Shown: piece after piece, positions 30,871 to 39,663 of the stretch
How the letters are laid out: each line of letters begins with the position of its first letter
Position numbering within the stretch: position 1 is the stretch's first letter
DNA from: an uncultured delta proteobacterium
GTDB lineage: Bacteria; Myxococcota; UBA727; VGSZ01
Assembly (NCBI GenBank): GCA_963775425.1
Contig: CAVZJB010000008.1
Location: 64,001 to 128,000, forward strand
Length of the DNA stretch: 64,000 nt
Direction of reading: 5' to 3'
Translations under genes and position numbers: made by a program
Notes under the pieces: generated by a model
What the model saw: the letters and a program-made list of their open reading frames with translations, nothing else
Database searches by the model: none
What the model was told of the DNA's origin: nothing

Positions 30871-31419
30871 CTACCGACGGTGTCGCGGGAGGTCGATGAC
30901 GATGGCCGCGCCGGCGTCGCGGTACAGGTCGAAGCCCCAGCCGGTGATGCGCTGCGGCGCGGAGCCTCGCTCGAAGCGGCGAAAAATCCGGTCATGGTCC
31001 TCCACGGGGATGCCGCGCCCTTCGTCGCGGACGATGAGCGTCACGCTCTCTGCGGCGGCGCACGACGGCCGCGCGCGTCTCGAACAGATCGATGGCGCCG
31101 GCGGCCACGTCCGCCACCGAAGGCAAGAGCGCCGCCGCCTCCCGGTTGTTGTCCCGGTGCGTGACGGCGAGTGTTCCGTGCTCGACTCGCGCAGGGTGTC
31201 TTCGAGCCGCGCGTCGACCGGCGCCTCGACGCGGCGGGCGCGCTCCTGGTGGAGACCGACGGAGTCGACGATGGTCGCGGACGCCGCGGTGCGGGCGAAC
31301 AGGCACGCGTCCGCGCCGTCAGCCGCGCGGTGCGCTCGACGAGGAGACCGACGCCGTCGTCGCGCGTCGGCGAGCGCGATGTGCAAGGACACGAGATCGT
31401 GAACGAGCGCTTGTTGCAT
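30871..31419 (-). pseudogene. Decayed sensor histidine kinase fragment
   Basis: HATPase remnant VRDEGRGIP..RIFRRFERG with collapsed G2 box; RVEHGTL..VADVAAGAIDLF in another frame; no intact H-box. Confidence 0.55.
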
Positions 31420-31553
31420 CGAGGCCCCGTCGCCGCCGCACGGACCGTGCGGATGCTCGCTTCGGGTACTCCTCGTCGACCGCTCGATCAACGATCGATC
31501 GCCGCGCGCGTGCCACGACGAGCCGGACGTTCGGGCAGGACCAACGCGCCCCG

Positions 31554-31973
31554 TCAATCGTCGTCGACGCGCCCGCGCGCGCGCTTGGTGCCGGCGCGCG
31601 CTCGTTTGGCATGCAACCGCCGCTCCTTCGAGCCCCGCGTGGGCCTGGTGGGCCGGCGCTTCTTGGGCGGCACCAGCGACGCGCGCACCAGCGCGCACAA
31701 GCGCTCCTCGGCGATGGAGAGGTTTTGATGCTGGTCACGCGTCTCGTCGCACGCGATCACGATCTCCCCGCTCTGCGTGAGCCGGCTCCGCGCGGCCTCG
31801 AGCAGGCGGCGCTTCGCGTCCGGTGGCAGCGCCGTCGACGCCTCCGCCCGCCAGCGCAGCACCGCCTTGGACGACACCTTGTTCACGTTCTGACCGCCCG
31901 GCCCGCCGCTGCGCGCGAAGCTGACCTCGAGCTCGGCGTCCGGGATGGCGATGCGCTCGGTGACCTGAATCAT
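31554..31973 (-). CDS. arfB: Alternative ribosome-rescue peptidyl-tRNA hydrolase ArfB
   Basis: RSGGPGGQNVNKVSS, basic tail RRPTRPTRGSKERRL. Confidence 0.95.
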   Translation of the reverse strand: MIQVTERIAIPDAELEVSFARSGGPGGQNVNKVSSKAVLRWRAEASTALPPDAKRRLLEAARSRLTQSGEIVIACDETRDQHQNLSIAEERLCALVRASLVPPKKRRPTRPTRGSKERRLHAKRARAGTKRARGRVDDD

Positions 31974-32037
31974 CGCCGGCAAGCATAGCCGCCCTCCGGG
32001 GCGCCGCGCCCCCACGCGCGGTCGGATCTCGCTTGTC

Positions 32038-32065
32038 CCATTATTGACTCTCAGGTAAATAATGG
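32038..32065. promoter_or_regulatory. Probable TetR operator (AT-rich palindrome)
   Basis: CCATTATTgACtctcagGTaAATAATGG: 8-bp perfect arms overlapping the TetR start, containing TTGAC. Confidence 0.75.
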
Positions 32066-32661
32066 CCATGGGCCGCCCGCGCGCCTCCACCATCGACGTG
32101 CAAACGCCGGAGCGGCTGCTGGCGGCGGCGGAGGAGGTGTTCGCGGCCGACGGCTTCGCGCGGGCGCGGCTCGCCGACATCGCCGGCCGCGCGGGCGTCA
32201 CCCGGCCGGCGCTGCTGTACCACTTCGCCACCAAGCTCGCGCTCTACGAGGCCGTCGTGGCGCGCGCGTTCGCGTCGCTCGGGGAGATCGTGCACTCGGC
32301 GATGTCTGCGGGCGGAGACTTCCACCAGCGCCTGCGCGCCGTCATCGACGGCTTCCTCGCGTACGTCTCCGTGCACCCGGCGTTGGCGCGCCTCGTGGTC
32401 CGCGAGATCGTCGCGGACTCCCCCGGGCGCACGCTGGTCCTCGCCTTCGGCGCGCCCCTCGTCGACGACGTCGTCGCCTTCCTCGAGCACGAGGCCGCGC
32501 CCACGGTGAAGGGCGTCCCGGTGCGCGCGGCCCTGATGATGGTGGTGGCGGACACCTTCCTGAAGACCGCCGCCGGCGACGTCCGCGCGGCGCTGTGGGG
32601 CGACGGCGAGCACGCGTGGGCCGTCGCCTCCGCCCTCCTGCTCCCCGAGGTGCACCGATGA
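32062..32661 (+). CDS. TetR/AcrR family regulator
   Basis: AAEEVFAADGF..DIAGRAGVTRPALLYHF HTH. Confidence 0.93.
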   Translation: MAMGRPRASTIDVQTPERLLAAAEEVFAADGFARARLADIAGRAGVTRPALLYHFATKLALYEAVVARAFASLGEIVHSAMSAGGDFHQRLRAVIDGFLAYVSVHPALARLVVREIVADSPGRTLVLAFGAPLVDDVVAFLEHEAAPTVKGVPVRAALMMVVADTFLKTAAGDVRAALWGDGEHAWAVASALLLPEVHR

Positions 32662-33710
32662 AGCGCTCGTTCCCCTATGTGCTCACGCTCGTCCTCCCGG
32701 TCATCGCCGCGCTCGCCGTCTTCGGCCGCGGCGCCTTCCTCCTCGTGCCGCCGCTGTTCCTCTTCGTCGTCACGCCCGCGCTCGACGCGCTCCTCGGCAC
32801 GCACACCGCGGACCTCGACGGCGACGCCGCCGCCTGGCGCGACGCGCGCTACGACGTGTGGTTGTGGCTCTGGCTCCCCGCGCAGCTCGTCATCCAGACC
32901 GCGGCGCTCTTCTTCGGCGCGCGCAGCGCGTCGCCGCTCGAGGTGGCCGGGCTCGTGTTCGCCAGCGGCCTCCTCGGCGGCATCGGCATCAACGCGGCCC
33001 ACGAGCTCATGCATCGCAAGGGCGCCCCCGAGCGCGCCGCCGCGGAGCTGCTCTTGTACACCGTGTGCTACCCGCAGTTCGCCGTCGAGCACGTGCTCGG
33101 TCACCACAAGAACGTCGCCACGCCCGGGGACCCGGCCAGCGCGCAAAAGGGCGCCAACGTGTGGTGGTTCGTGCCGCGCTCCGTGCTCTTGTCGCTCGTG
33201 TCGGCGTGGCGCCTCGAGGGCGCGCGCGTCGCGAAGTGGCGCGCTGGCGCCGGCGGCGCCCCCGCCGGCTTGCGCGATCGTCGGCTGCGATACCCCCTGG
33301 TCCTCGGCGCGCTCGTGGCCGCCGTCGCCGTGGCCTTCGGCCCGCTCGGCGTCGTGGTCTTCGCGGGCCAGTCCCTGGTCGCTGTCGGCTTGCTCGAGAC
33401 CATCAACTACGTCGAGCACTACGGCCTCGCGCGCGCCGCCGTCGACGGCGGCTACGAGCGCGTCCGCCCGGCGCACTCGTGGAGCTCGGCGCACCGGCTC
33501 ACGTCCTATTACCTCCTGAACCTCCCGCGCCACGCCGACCACCACGAAAACGCGAGCCGCCCGTACTTCGCGCTCCGGCACGTCGCCGACGGGCCGCAGA
33601 TGCCCGCGGGCTACGCGACGATGATCCTGCTCGCCGCCGTGCCGCCGCTGTGGCGCACCGTGATGGACCCGCGCGTCGACGGGTGGGCGCTTCAGTCGCC
33701 GAGCCCGTAG
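32658..33710 (+). CDS. alkB: Alkane 1-monooxygenase
   Basis: His boxes HELMH, EHVLGHH, NYVEHYG, LPRHADHH; ATP.DPASA. Confidence 0.92.
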   Translation: MKRSFPYVLTLVLPVIAALAVFGRGAFLLVPPLFLFVVTPALDALLGTHTADLDGDAAAWRDARYDVWLWLWLPAQLVIQTAALFFGARSASPLEVAGLVFASGLLGGIGINAAHELMHRKGAPERAAAELLLYTVCYPQFAVEHVLGHHKNVATPGDPASAQKGANVWWFVPRSVLLSLVSAWRLEGARVAKWRAGAGGAPAGLRDRRLRYPLVLGALVAAVAVAFGPLGVVVFAGQSLVAVGLLETINYVEHYGLARAAVDGGYERVRPAHSWSSAHRLTSYYLLNLPRHADHHENASRPYFALRHVADGPQMPAGYATMILLAAVPPLWRTVMDPRVDGWALQSPSP

Positions 33711-34597
33711 ACCGCGACCCACTTAAAGCGCACCGCGGCCTGGTTCACCCAGATGCCGACGCGGCCGGTGAGGCCGCCGTCGGAGACGCCGGTGTTGGCG
33801 TTGGTCCCCGGCAGGACGCAGGCGACCCCGTCCGGGGTGAGCGTCGCGCGGACGCGCACCTCGCTGTCGACGAAGCCGTCGATGGTGTCGCCGGCCGCGG
33901 TGTTGCCGTCGCCGCCGTTGTCGATGGTGAGCGCTTCGAGGGCGTTCGGCCCGGTCGCGACCACGCAAGCGCGCCCGCCGGTGCCCGCCGGCGTCATCGC
34001 CACGGTGACGCCGGCGTTCCCCGACGCTGCGCCGAACGCGCGGGCCACGAGGGCGGCCTCGACGGCGACGTTGCCGAGCTCGCCGAGGTCGTCGAGCAGG
34101 AGCTGGTCGTCTCTCGACGAAGCGACGCTGTGGTCGAGGGCGTCGGTGTCGACCGCGAATTGGTCACGCTCTCCGGTCCACGCGGCCGCCGGGGGGCCGT
34201 CGAGCTCGAAGGGGTCGAAGAAGAGCAGGACGTCGCCGGCGCCGTGGGGCCGCGGGTCGCAGGCGTCGCCGACGCCGTCGGGGGCGAGGCCGGCGGCGCT
34301 CTCCTGCTCGTCGGCCTGATCCGCGTTGGCGACGCCGGGGCAGTTGTCGCACCCGTCGAAGACGCCGTCGCCGTCCTCGTCGTGGCTGCCGCACGCGGGC
34401 TCTCCTTCCCCCTCTCCCTCACCCTCGCCTTCGCCTTCGCCCTCCCCTTCGGCGCCGGCGGCGCGGCAGGCGGCGGCGACACAGGCGAAGCCGTCGGGGC
34501 AGGGGTGGGCGTCGTTGCACTTGTGTCCGATGGGATCGACGTTCACGCAGCCGGCGGTCGCCACGAGGAGCACGGCGAGGGCGGGACACCGGCGCAT
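33692..34597 (-). CDS. Lipoprotein with EG linker and thrombospondin type-3-like Ca-binding repeats
   Basis: Lipobox TAGC; DEDGDGVFDGCDNCP..NADQAD..DGVGDACD. Confidence 0.8.
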   Translation of the reverse strand: MRRCPALAVLLVATAGCVNVDPIGHKCNDAHPCPDGFACVAAACRAAGAEGEGEGEGEGEGEGEGEPACGSHDEDGDGVFDGCDNCPGVANADQADEQESAAGLAPDGVGDACDPRPHGAGDVLLFFDPFELDGPPAAAWTGERDQFAVDTDALDHSVASSRDDQLLLDDLGELGNVAVEAALVARAFGAASGNAGVTVAMTPAGTGGRACVVATGPNALEALTIDNGGDGNTAAGDTIDGFVDSEVRVRATLTPDGVACVLPGTNANTGVSDGGLTGRVGIWVNQAAVRFKWVAVYGLGD

Positions 34598-34653
34598 CGT
34601 CGCATGTTAGCCCAGGCGACCCCGGTCCCGTTCCCAGTATCATCCTCGGGCCG

Positions 34654-36585
34654 ATGGCCGATCCACGCGACGACCCGACAGGTCACCACACCGGGCCCCA
34701 CTCGATCGTCCCGTACGCGCCGGAGCTCAAGCCCATCAAGGGAGAGGCGCGCCTCGGGCGCTACCAGTTGCTCGGCGTGCTCGGCCAGGGCGGCATGGCC
34801 GAGGTGTTCCTCGCGCAGCAGGACGGCCCCGCCGGCTTCAAAAAGACGGTGGTCATCAAGCGCATCCTGCCGCAGCTCGCGACCGACACGCGCTTCGTGG
34901 AGATGTTCCAGCGCGAAGCGCGCGTGGCGGCGTCGCTCAACCACACGAACATCGTCCAGGTCTTCGAGCTCGGCGAGGAGGACGGCCAGCCCTTCATCGT
35001 GATGGAGCACGTCGTCGGCAGCACCTTGCTGCGTCTGGCGCGCGCGTTCCGGTCGGTGGGTCGCAGCATGCCCGTCGAGCTCGCGCTGGCGGCCGTGAGC
35101 GACGCGGCGCTCGGGCTTCACTACGCCAACACCGTCGTGGGCGCCGACGGCGCGCCGCTCGGGCTCGTGCACAGGGACATCAGCCCCGACAACCTGATCG
35201 TGAACCGCGAGGCGGTGACCAAGATCCTCGACTTCGGCATCGCCAAGGGCTCCCGCGGCAGGGAGGCGACGTCGTCGGGCGACACCAAGGGGAAGATCCC
35301 GTACATGTCTCCGGAGCAGATCCGGGGCGAGCCGCTCGACGGCCGCTCCGACCTCTACTCCCTCGGCATCACGCTCTACTGGGCGCTGACGGGAAAGCGC
35401 CCCTTCCGCGGGAAGAATGAGTTCGAGCTGATGGAGCGCGTGTTGAAGGAGCGCGCCCCGCGGCCGAGCAGCGTCCACCCGCGCATCCCGCCCGCCATCG
35501 ACGAGCTCATCCTCGCGCTCATCGAGAAGGACCCGGACAAGCGCCCGCGCTCCGGTGACGACGTCCACGCGGCGCTGGTGCCGTTCGTCCCGCCGCGGCG
35601 GGAGATCGCGCCGGTGCTCCTCGACGCGCTCACGGACAACCTCGAGCGCACCCCGATGCCGGTCCCCGCGCCCGTCGCCCTGCCCGACGCGCCGAGCGAC
35701 GTGACCGTCGACGAGGGCTTCGACGAGGTCGACGACGACGACGTCGTCTCGCTGGCGGCGCCGAGCACCTCCACGGGCTCCGACCTGTGGGGCCGCACGG
35801 CGACCGTCGCCGCGCCGCTCGCCGCCGCCGCCGCCCGCCGCCGGTCGCGCGCCCTCGCGGTGGCCGCCGGCGCGCTCGCCCTGGTCGTCGTCGTCGTCAT
35901 CGCCGTCGCCGTGGCCTGGCCGTCCGGGCCCCCCTCGAGGGTCGCCGCCGCCCCCGACGACGGCGCGCCCGCCGGTGCCGCCGGGGGCGCCGCGCACGCG
36001 GCCGCGGCCGCCGCCACAGGCACCCACGCGCGCGACGACGGGCCCGCGGGCGCCGCGCACGACGACGCCGCGTCCGACGGCGACGCCCCCGCGAACGACG
36101 ACGGCGCGTCGGGCGACGACGGCGACGTGGCCGCCCAGCTCGCGCTCGCGCCGCTCACCGGTGACGACGAGCACAAGAAGAAGGCGCAGCACGCCCGCCC
36201 CGTGACGTTGGAGGTGCGGGCGCCGGCGCACATCGCGTGGATCGTGGGGGGCAGGGTGGTCGCGCGGGGCATCGGCTCGATCACGCTGCCGCCCGGGAAG
36301 CACGCGGTGCTCGCGCGCGACACCACGCGCGACGTCGACACGCTCGTCCCCGTCACCGGGCGGCGCATCGACTACCAGAAGCTACCGAGGGGAACCCTCG
36401 ACGTGCGCGTCTTCCCCACGGCGCAGATCTGGGCGGGGCGCGACCGCCTCGGCGAGGCGCCGCTCAAGATCAGCGTCGTCGCGGGGCGCTACAAGCTGCG
36501 CTTGAAGGACGGCGACGTCGAGGCCACCAAGGTCGTCGAGGTCGCCGGCGGCAAGGTCACCCCCGTGCGCGTCCGGCTTCGCTAG
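34654..36585 (+). CDS. Membrane-anchored Ser/Thr protein kinase (Hanks type)
   Basis: GQGGMAEV, VIKRI, HRDISPDN, DFG, YMSPEQ; TM helix; PEGA-like C-terminus. Confidence 0.95.
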   Translation: MADPRDDPTGHHTGPHSIVPYAPELKPIKGEARLGRYQLLGVLGQGGMAEVFLAQQDGPAGFKKTVVIKRILPQLATDTRFVEMFQREARVAASLNHTNIVQVFELGEEDGQPFIVMEHVVGSTLLRLARAFRSVGRSMPVELALAAVSDAALGLHYANTVVGADGAPLGLVHRDISPDNLIVNREAVTKILDFGIAKGSRGREATSSGDTKGKIPYMSPEQIRGEPLDGRSDLYSLGITLYWALTGKRPFRGKNEFELMERVLKERAPRPSSVHPRIPPAIDELILALIEKDPDKRPRSGDDVHAALVPFVPPRREIAPVLLDALTDNLERTPMPVPAPVALPDAPSDVTVDEGFDEVDDDDVVSLAAPSTSTGSDLWGRTATVAAPLAAAAARRRSRALAVAAGALALVVVVVIAVAVAWPSGPPSRVAAAPDDGAPAGAAGGAAHAAAAAATGTHARDDGPAGAAHDDAASDGDAPANDDGASGDDGDVAAQLALAPLTGDDEHKKKAQHARPVTLEVRAPAHIAWIVGGRVVARGIGSITLPPGKHAVLARDTTRDVDTLVPVTGRRIDYQKLPRGTLDVRVFPTAQIWAGRDRLGEAPLKISVVAGRYKLRLKDGDVEATKVVEVAGGKVTPVRVRLR

Positions 36586-37155
36586 CACGCCGGCGCCACT
36601 CGTCATGAGCCAGCCCGCGGCGGCGGCGCAGCCCGCGCTCGTCACGAACATCAGCGCCGCGCCGGCGAATTCCAGGTTGGCCGCGTCCGCCTCGCTCTGC
36701 GCTTGATCCACGAACAGCGACGGGTTGTGGCTCTTCTGCGCGGCGTCGACGCCGAGCACCGTCAGCGCGCCGCCCGCGAGCAGCGCGGCGAGCGATCCCG
36801 CCCCGAGGCCGACCGGCACGAGCGGCAACGCCGCCGCCGCCGGTTCTTCCGGCGCGGCCGCCTCGAACAGCGGCAGCAGCTTCGGCGGCGCGTCCGGCGG
36901 ATACGCGATCCCGGGCCAGAGCGCGCGCGCCTTCTTGAAGCCGTCGCGGGCCTTGTCCTCGTCGCCCAGGGCGCCTTGGCAGACGGCCGCCCACAACACC
37001 GCGCGCGCCTCCACCGCCGGCGGCTGGTCCGGCGCCGCCGCGGCCGCCTCGAAGGCCGTGAGCGCGTGCTCGTAGTCGAGGTCGCGAAAGCGCTGCATGC
37101 CCTCGTCGAAGCTCGACTGCGCGGCGGCGAACAACGCCAACGCGGCGATCCACAT
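36382..37155 (-). CDS. Secreted TPR-like protein with C-terminal TM helices (3' end uncertain)
   Basis: Signal peptide, TPR-like DYEHALTAFEAA, PPKL motif; as read it overlaps the convergent kinase by about 200 nt. Confidence 0.65.
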   Translation of the reverse strand: MWIAALALFAAAQSSFDEGMQRFRDLDYEHALTAFEAAAAAPDQPPAVEARAVLWAAVCQGALGDEDKARDGFKKARALWPGIAYPPDAPPKLLPLFEAAAPEEPAAAALPLVPVGLGAGSLAALLAGGALTVLGVDAAQKSHNPSLFVDQAQSEADAANLEFAGAALMFVTSAGCAAAAGWLMTSGAGVLAKPDAHGGDLAAGDLDDLGGLDVAVLQAQLVAPRDDADLERRLAEAVAPRPDLRRGEDAHVEGSPR

Positions 37156-37226
37156 CACGCGAGCGTAGCAGGGACCGCGGCGCCTCGCGCGAAAGCTGCC
37201 GTCGCCGGGCTACGCTACTGCGCATC

Positions 37227-38582
37227 GTGCTCGCCGCCCTCGCTCTCGCCTCCGTCGTCGCCGTGGCTGCGCCCGAGCCGGTCGCGGTGGCGCCGTGGCA
37301 GAACCTCAACGACGACGCCGCGCTGCGCTGGCTCGAGCAAGGCGCCGCCGAGACCATGGCCGCCGACCTCAGGAGGAGCGGCATGCGCGTCGTCGAGCGC
37401 GCGCAGATCGCCCAGGCGCTGGCGCAGGTGGCGGCGCAGGCGAAGGGCGACGTCGCGCGCGCCGTCGCCGCCGGCCGCATCGCGGGCGCGAAGAGCATCG
37501 TGCTCGGCTCCTTTCAAAAGAGCGGCGCGCAGATCCGCCTCGTGGCGCGCGTCGTCGACGTCGAGAGCGGCGCCGTCGCCGAGGCCGCCAAGGCCACCGG
37601 CCCCATCGACGACATCTTCCGGCTGCAAGACCGCGTCGTCGCCGCCCTCGCCAAGCACCCGCCGCACAAGCGCAAGAGGGCGCCGAGCGTGAAGGCGTAC
37701 GAGAAGCTCTCGCTGTCGTTGACCGCCACGAGCGACGTCGACAAGCGCGCGCTCCTCGAGCAGTCTCTCGCGCTCGATCCCGGGTTCGTCTACGCGCGCG
37801 ACGCGCTGTCAGCGCTCGAAAAGCGGATGCGCGAGGCCGAAGACAACAGCGCCCCGGCGCTCGACGCGCGCGAGCAGCAGCTCCTCGCGCTCGTCGTCGA
37901 CGACAAGGGCGACGTCGCGCGCCGCACCCAGGCGGCGGCCGCGCTCCTCGAGACGCTCGAGGGCGCCCGGCACTTCCACGCGCTCTTGCGCGCGGCGGAG
38001 CAGGTGCTCGCGCAGAAGCTGCCGGCCGACGTCATCGACGACGTCAACGAGCGCGCTTCGGCGGCGCGGGTGCTCGCGCTCGCGCGGCTGATGCGCTCCG
38101 ACCTCGCGCTGCAGGCGGGCGAGCGGCACCTGGCGGCGTTCCCCGCGGGGGCGCGCAGGGCGCAGGTGGACAAGCTGATGCGCGAGATCATCGAGGTGCG
38201 CCGCAGCGAGCCCGCGCGGCGCAAGGACTACGACGACGAGCTCAAGGAGCTCGCCGCCGACAAGGCCGCGCACGAAGGCCCCGTCGACGCAGGCACGAGG
38301 CTGTCGTGGGACTTCAAGCCGTGCATTGCCGCCAAGTGGAGCAAGCTGCCCGCCGAGATGCTCGCGCAGTGCACCCGCTTCCTCGCGGCGCACGGCGAGG
38401 ACGCCGGCGACGACGCCCACGGCCACATCGTCAGCGCGCGCGCCTACGTGGCGTGGGCCCACGCCATGCGCGGCGAGCTCGCCGAGGCCAACGCCCTCGC
38501 GCGCGCGCTGGAGGCCGAGATCCCCGGGGCCCTCGACGACAGCGGCTTGCGCTCCGTGATGGCCCGCTGGTCCGCCGACTAG
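37227..38582 (+). CDS. CsgG/FlgO/TolB-N-like domain + helical repeat protein
   Basis: VAVAPWQNL, RVVERAQ, GSFQ..QIRLVARVVDVESG, DIFRLQD. Confidence 0.75.
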   Translation: MLAALALASVVAVAAPEPVAVAPWQNLNDDAALRWLEQGAAETMAADLRRSGMRVVERAQIAQALAQVAAQAKGDVARAVAAGRIAGAKSIVLGSFQKSGAQIRLVARVVDVESGAVAEAAKATGPIDDIFRLQDRVVAALAKHPPHKRKRAPSVKAYEKLSLSLTATSDVDKRALLEQSLALDPGFVYARDALSALEKRMREAEDNSAPALDAREQQLLALVVDDKGDVARRTQAAAALLETLEGARHFHALLRAAEQVLAQKLPADVIDDVNERASAARVLALARLMRSDLALQAGERHLAAFPAGARRAQVDKLMREIIEVRRSEPARRKDYDDELKELAADKAAHEGPVDAGTRLSWDFKPCIAAKWSKLPAEMLAQCTRFLAAHGEDAGDDAHGHIVSARAYVAWAHAMRGELAEANALARALEAEIPGALDDSGLRSVMARWSAD

Positions 38583-38695
38583 CCACGCGACGCAGGCGGA
38601 CACACGCCGCGTCCCTCCGTGCCCTCGGTGCTGCGGTGATCCGTCCGACCGATTCGGCTTGAGGTCGCCGCGCGGGGTCGCCAAGCTCCGCGCCC

Positions 38696-39574
38696 ATGCG
38701 CGCCCCCCTCCTCTGCTGCGTCGCCGCCCTCGTGTGCGGCGCCTGCCCCACGCCCATCGCGCCGGCCGACGCGGGCCCGGGCGACGACGGCGGCGTGCGC
38801 CCCTGCGTCGACGACGAACAGTGCGGCGGCGGCTTCTGCCTGGCCGGCTTGTGCTCGGACGTCGAGTGCGTCTCCAAGGCCACCTGCTCCGCCGGCCTTG
38901 TCTGCCTCGAGGGCCGCTGCAGCACCCCGCCCGCGACCTGCGCGTCGTCGGAGGACTGCCCGGGCACCCTCGCGTGCGACGGCTTCAGCAACACCTGCTT
39001 CGACCCCAACCACCCCGGCGAGGGCGAGGGCGAGGGCGAAGGCGAGGGCGAAGGCGAAGGCGAGGGAGAGGGCGAAGGAGACGGCCCCCCGTTCGATCTG
39101 TCGGGCTACGTCGTGCAGAACCGCCAAAACGATCCCGTGCAGCAGGCGTCCGTGTTCCCCTCGGGCACCGTGCTGTTCGCGGGGCACGTCCTCGTCATCG
39201 GGAGGAACGCGAGCAAGGCGGACTTCGAGGCGTTTTGGGGCCCCCTGCCGCAAAACGTCCTCTACCTCGACGGCAACGCGGGCACCTCGGGCGTCCCGAT
39301 CGTCAACGGCGACGAGTCCTGGGCCATCGTCGACCCGAACGGCGCCGTCGTCGACGGCCCCACCATCACCGGGGACACGGCCACGAGCTACCAGCGGACG
39401 AGCGCGGGCGCCGCCGCGAGCGCCGGGAGCTGGTCGACGCAAGCGGACACGCAAGCCACCCCCGGCGTCACCGCCCTCGCCCCCGGCTCCGGCCTGCGCA
39501 TCTCCGAGTGGTCCGACGCGTCCGGCAACGGCAACTTCGTCTTCGAGTTCCTCGAGCTGTCCTGGTCGCCGTGA
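38696..39574 (+). CDS. Cys-rich lipoprotein with EG linker and lamin-tail-like domain
   Basis: Lipobox CGAC, three CxxDxxC repeats, EG tract, DLSGY..FPSGTVL..TPG..ISEWSD..EFLEL. Confidence 0.78.
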   Translation: MRAPLLCCVAALVCGACPTPIAPADAGPGDDGGVRPCVDDEQCGGGFCLAGLCSDVECVSKATCSAGLVCLEGRCSTPPATCASSEDCPGTLACDGFSNTCFDPNHPGEGEGEGEGEGEGEGEGEGEGDGPPFDLSGYVVQNRQNDPVQQASVFPSGTVLFAGHVLVIGRNASKADFEAFWGPLPQNVLYLDGNAGTSGVPIVNGDESWAIVDPNGAVVDGPTITGDTATSYQRTSAGAAASAGSWSTQADTQATPGVTALAPGSGLRISEWSDASGNGNFVFEFLELSWSP

Positions 39575-39663
39575 CGTCGCGCGGTACGGGGTCGGCCGTC
39601 CGCATGGGACAAGGCCGGCGGGTTCGCCGCATCGAGGGCCGGGTTTGCGTATGATCGCCGGGC

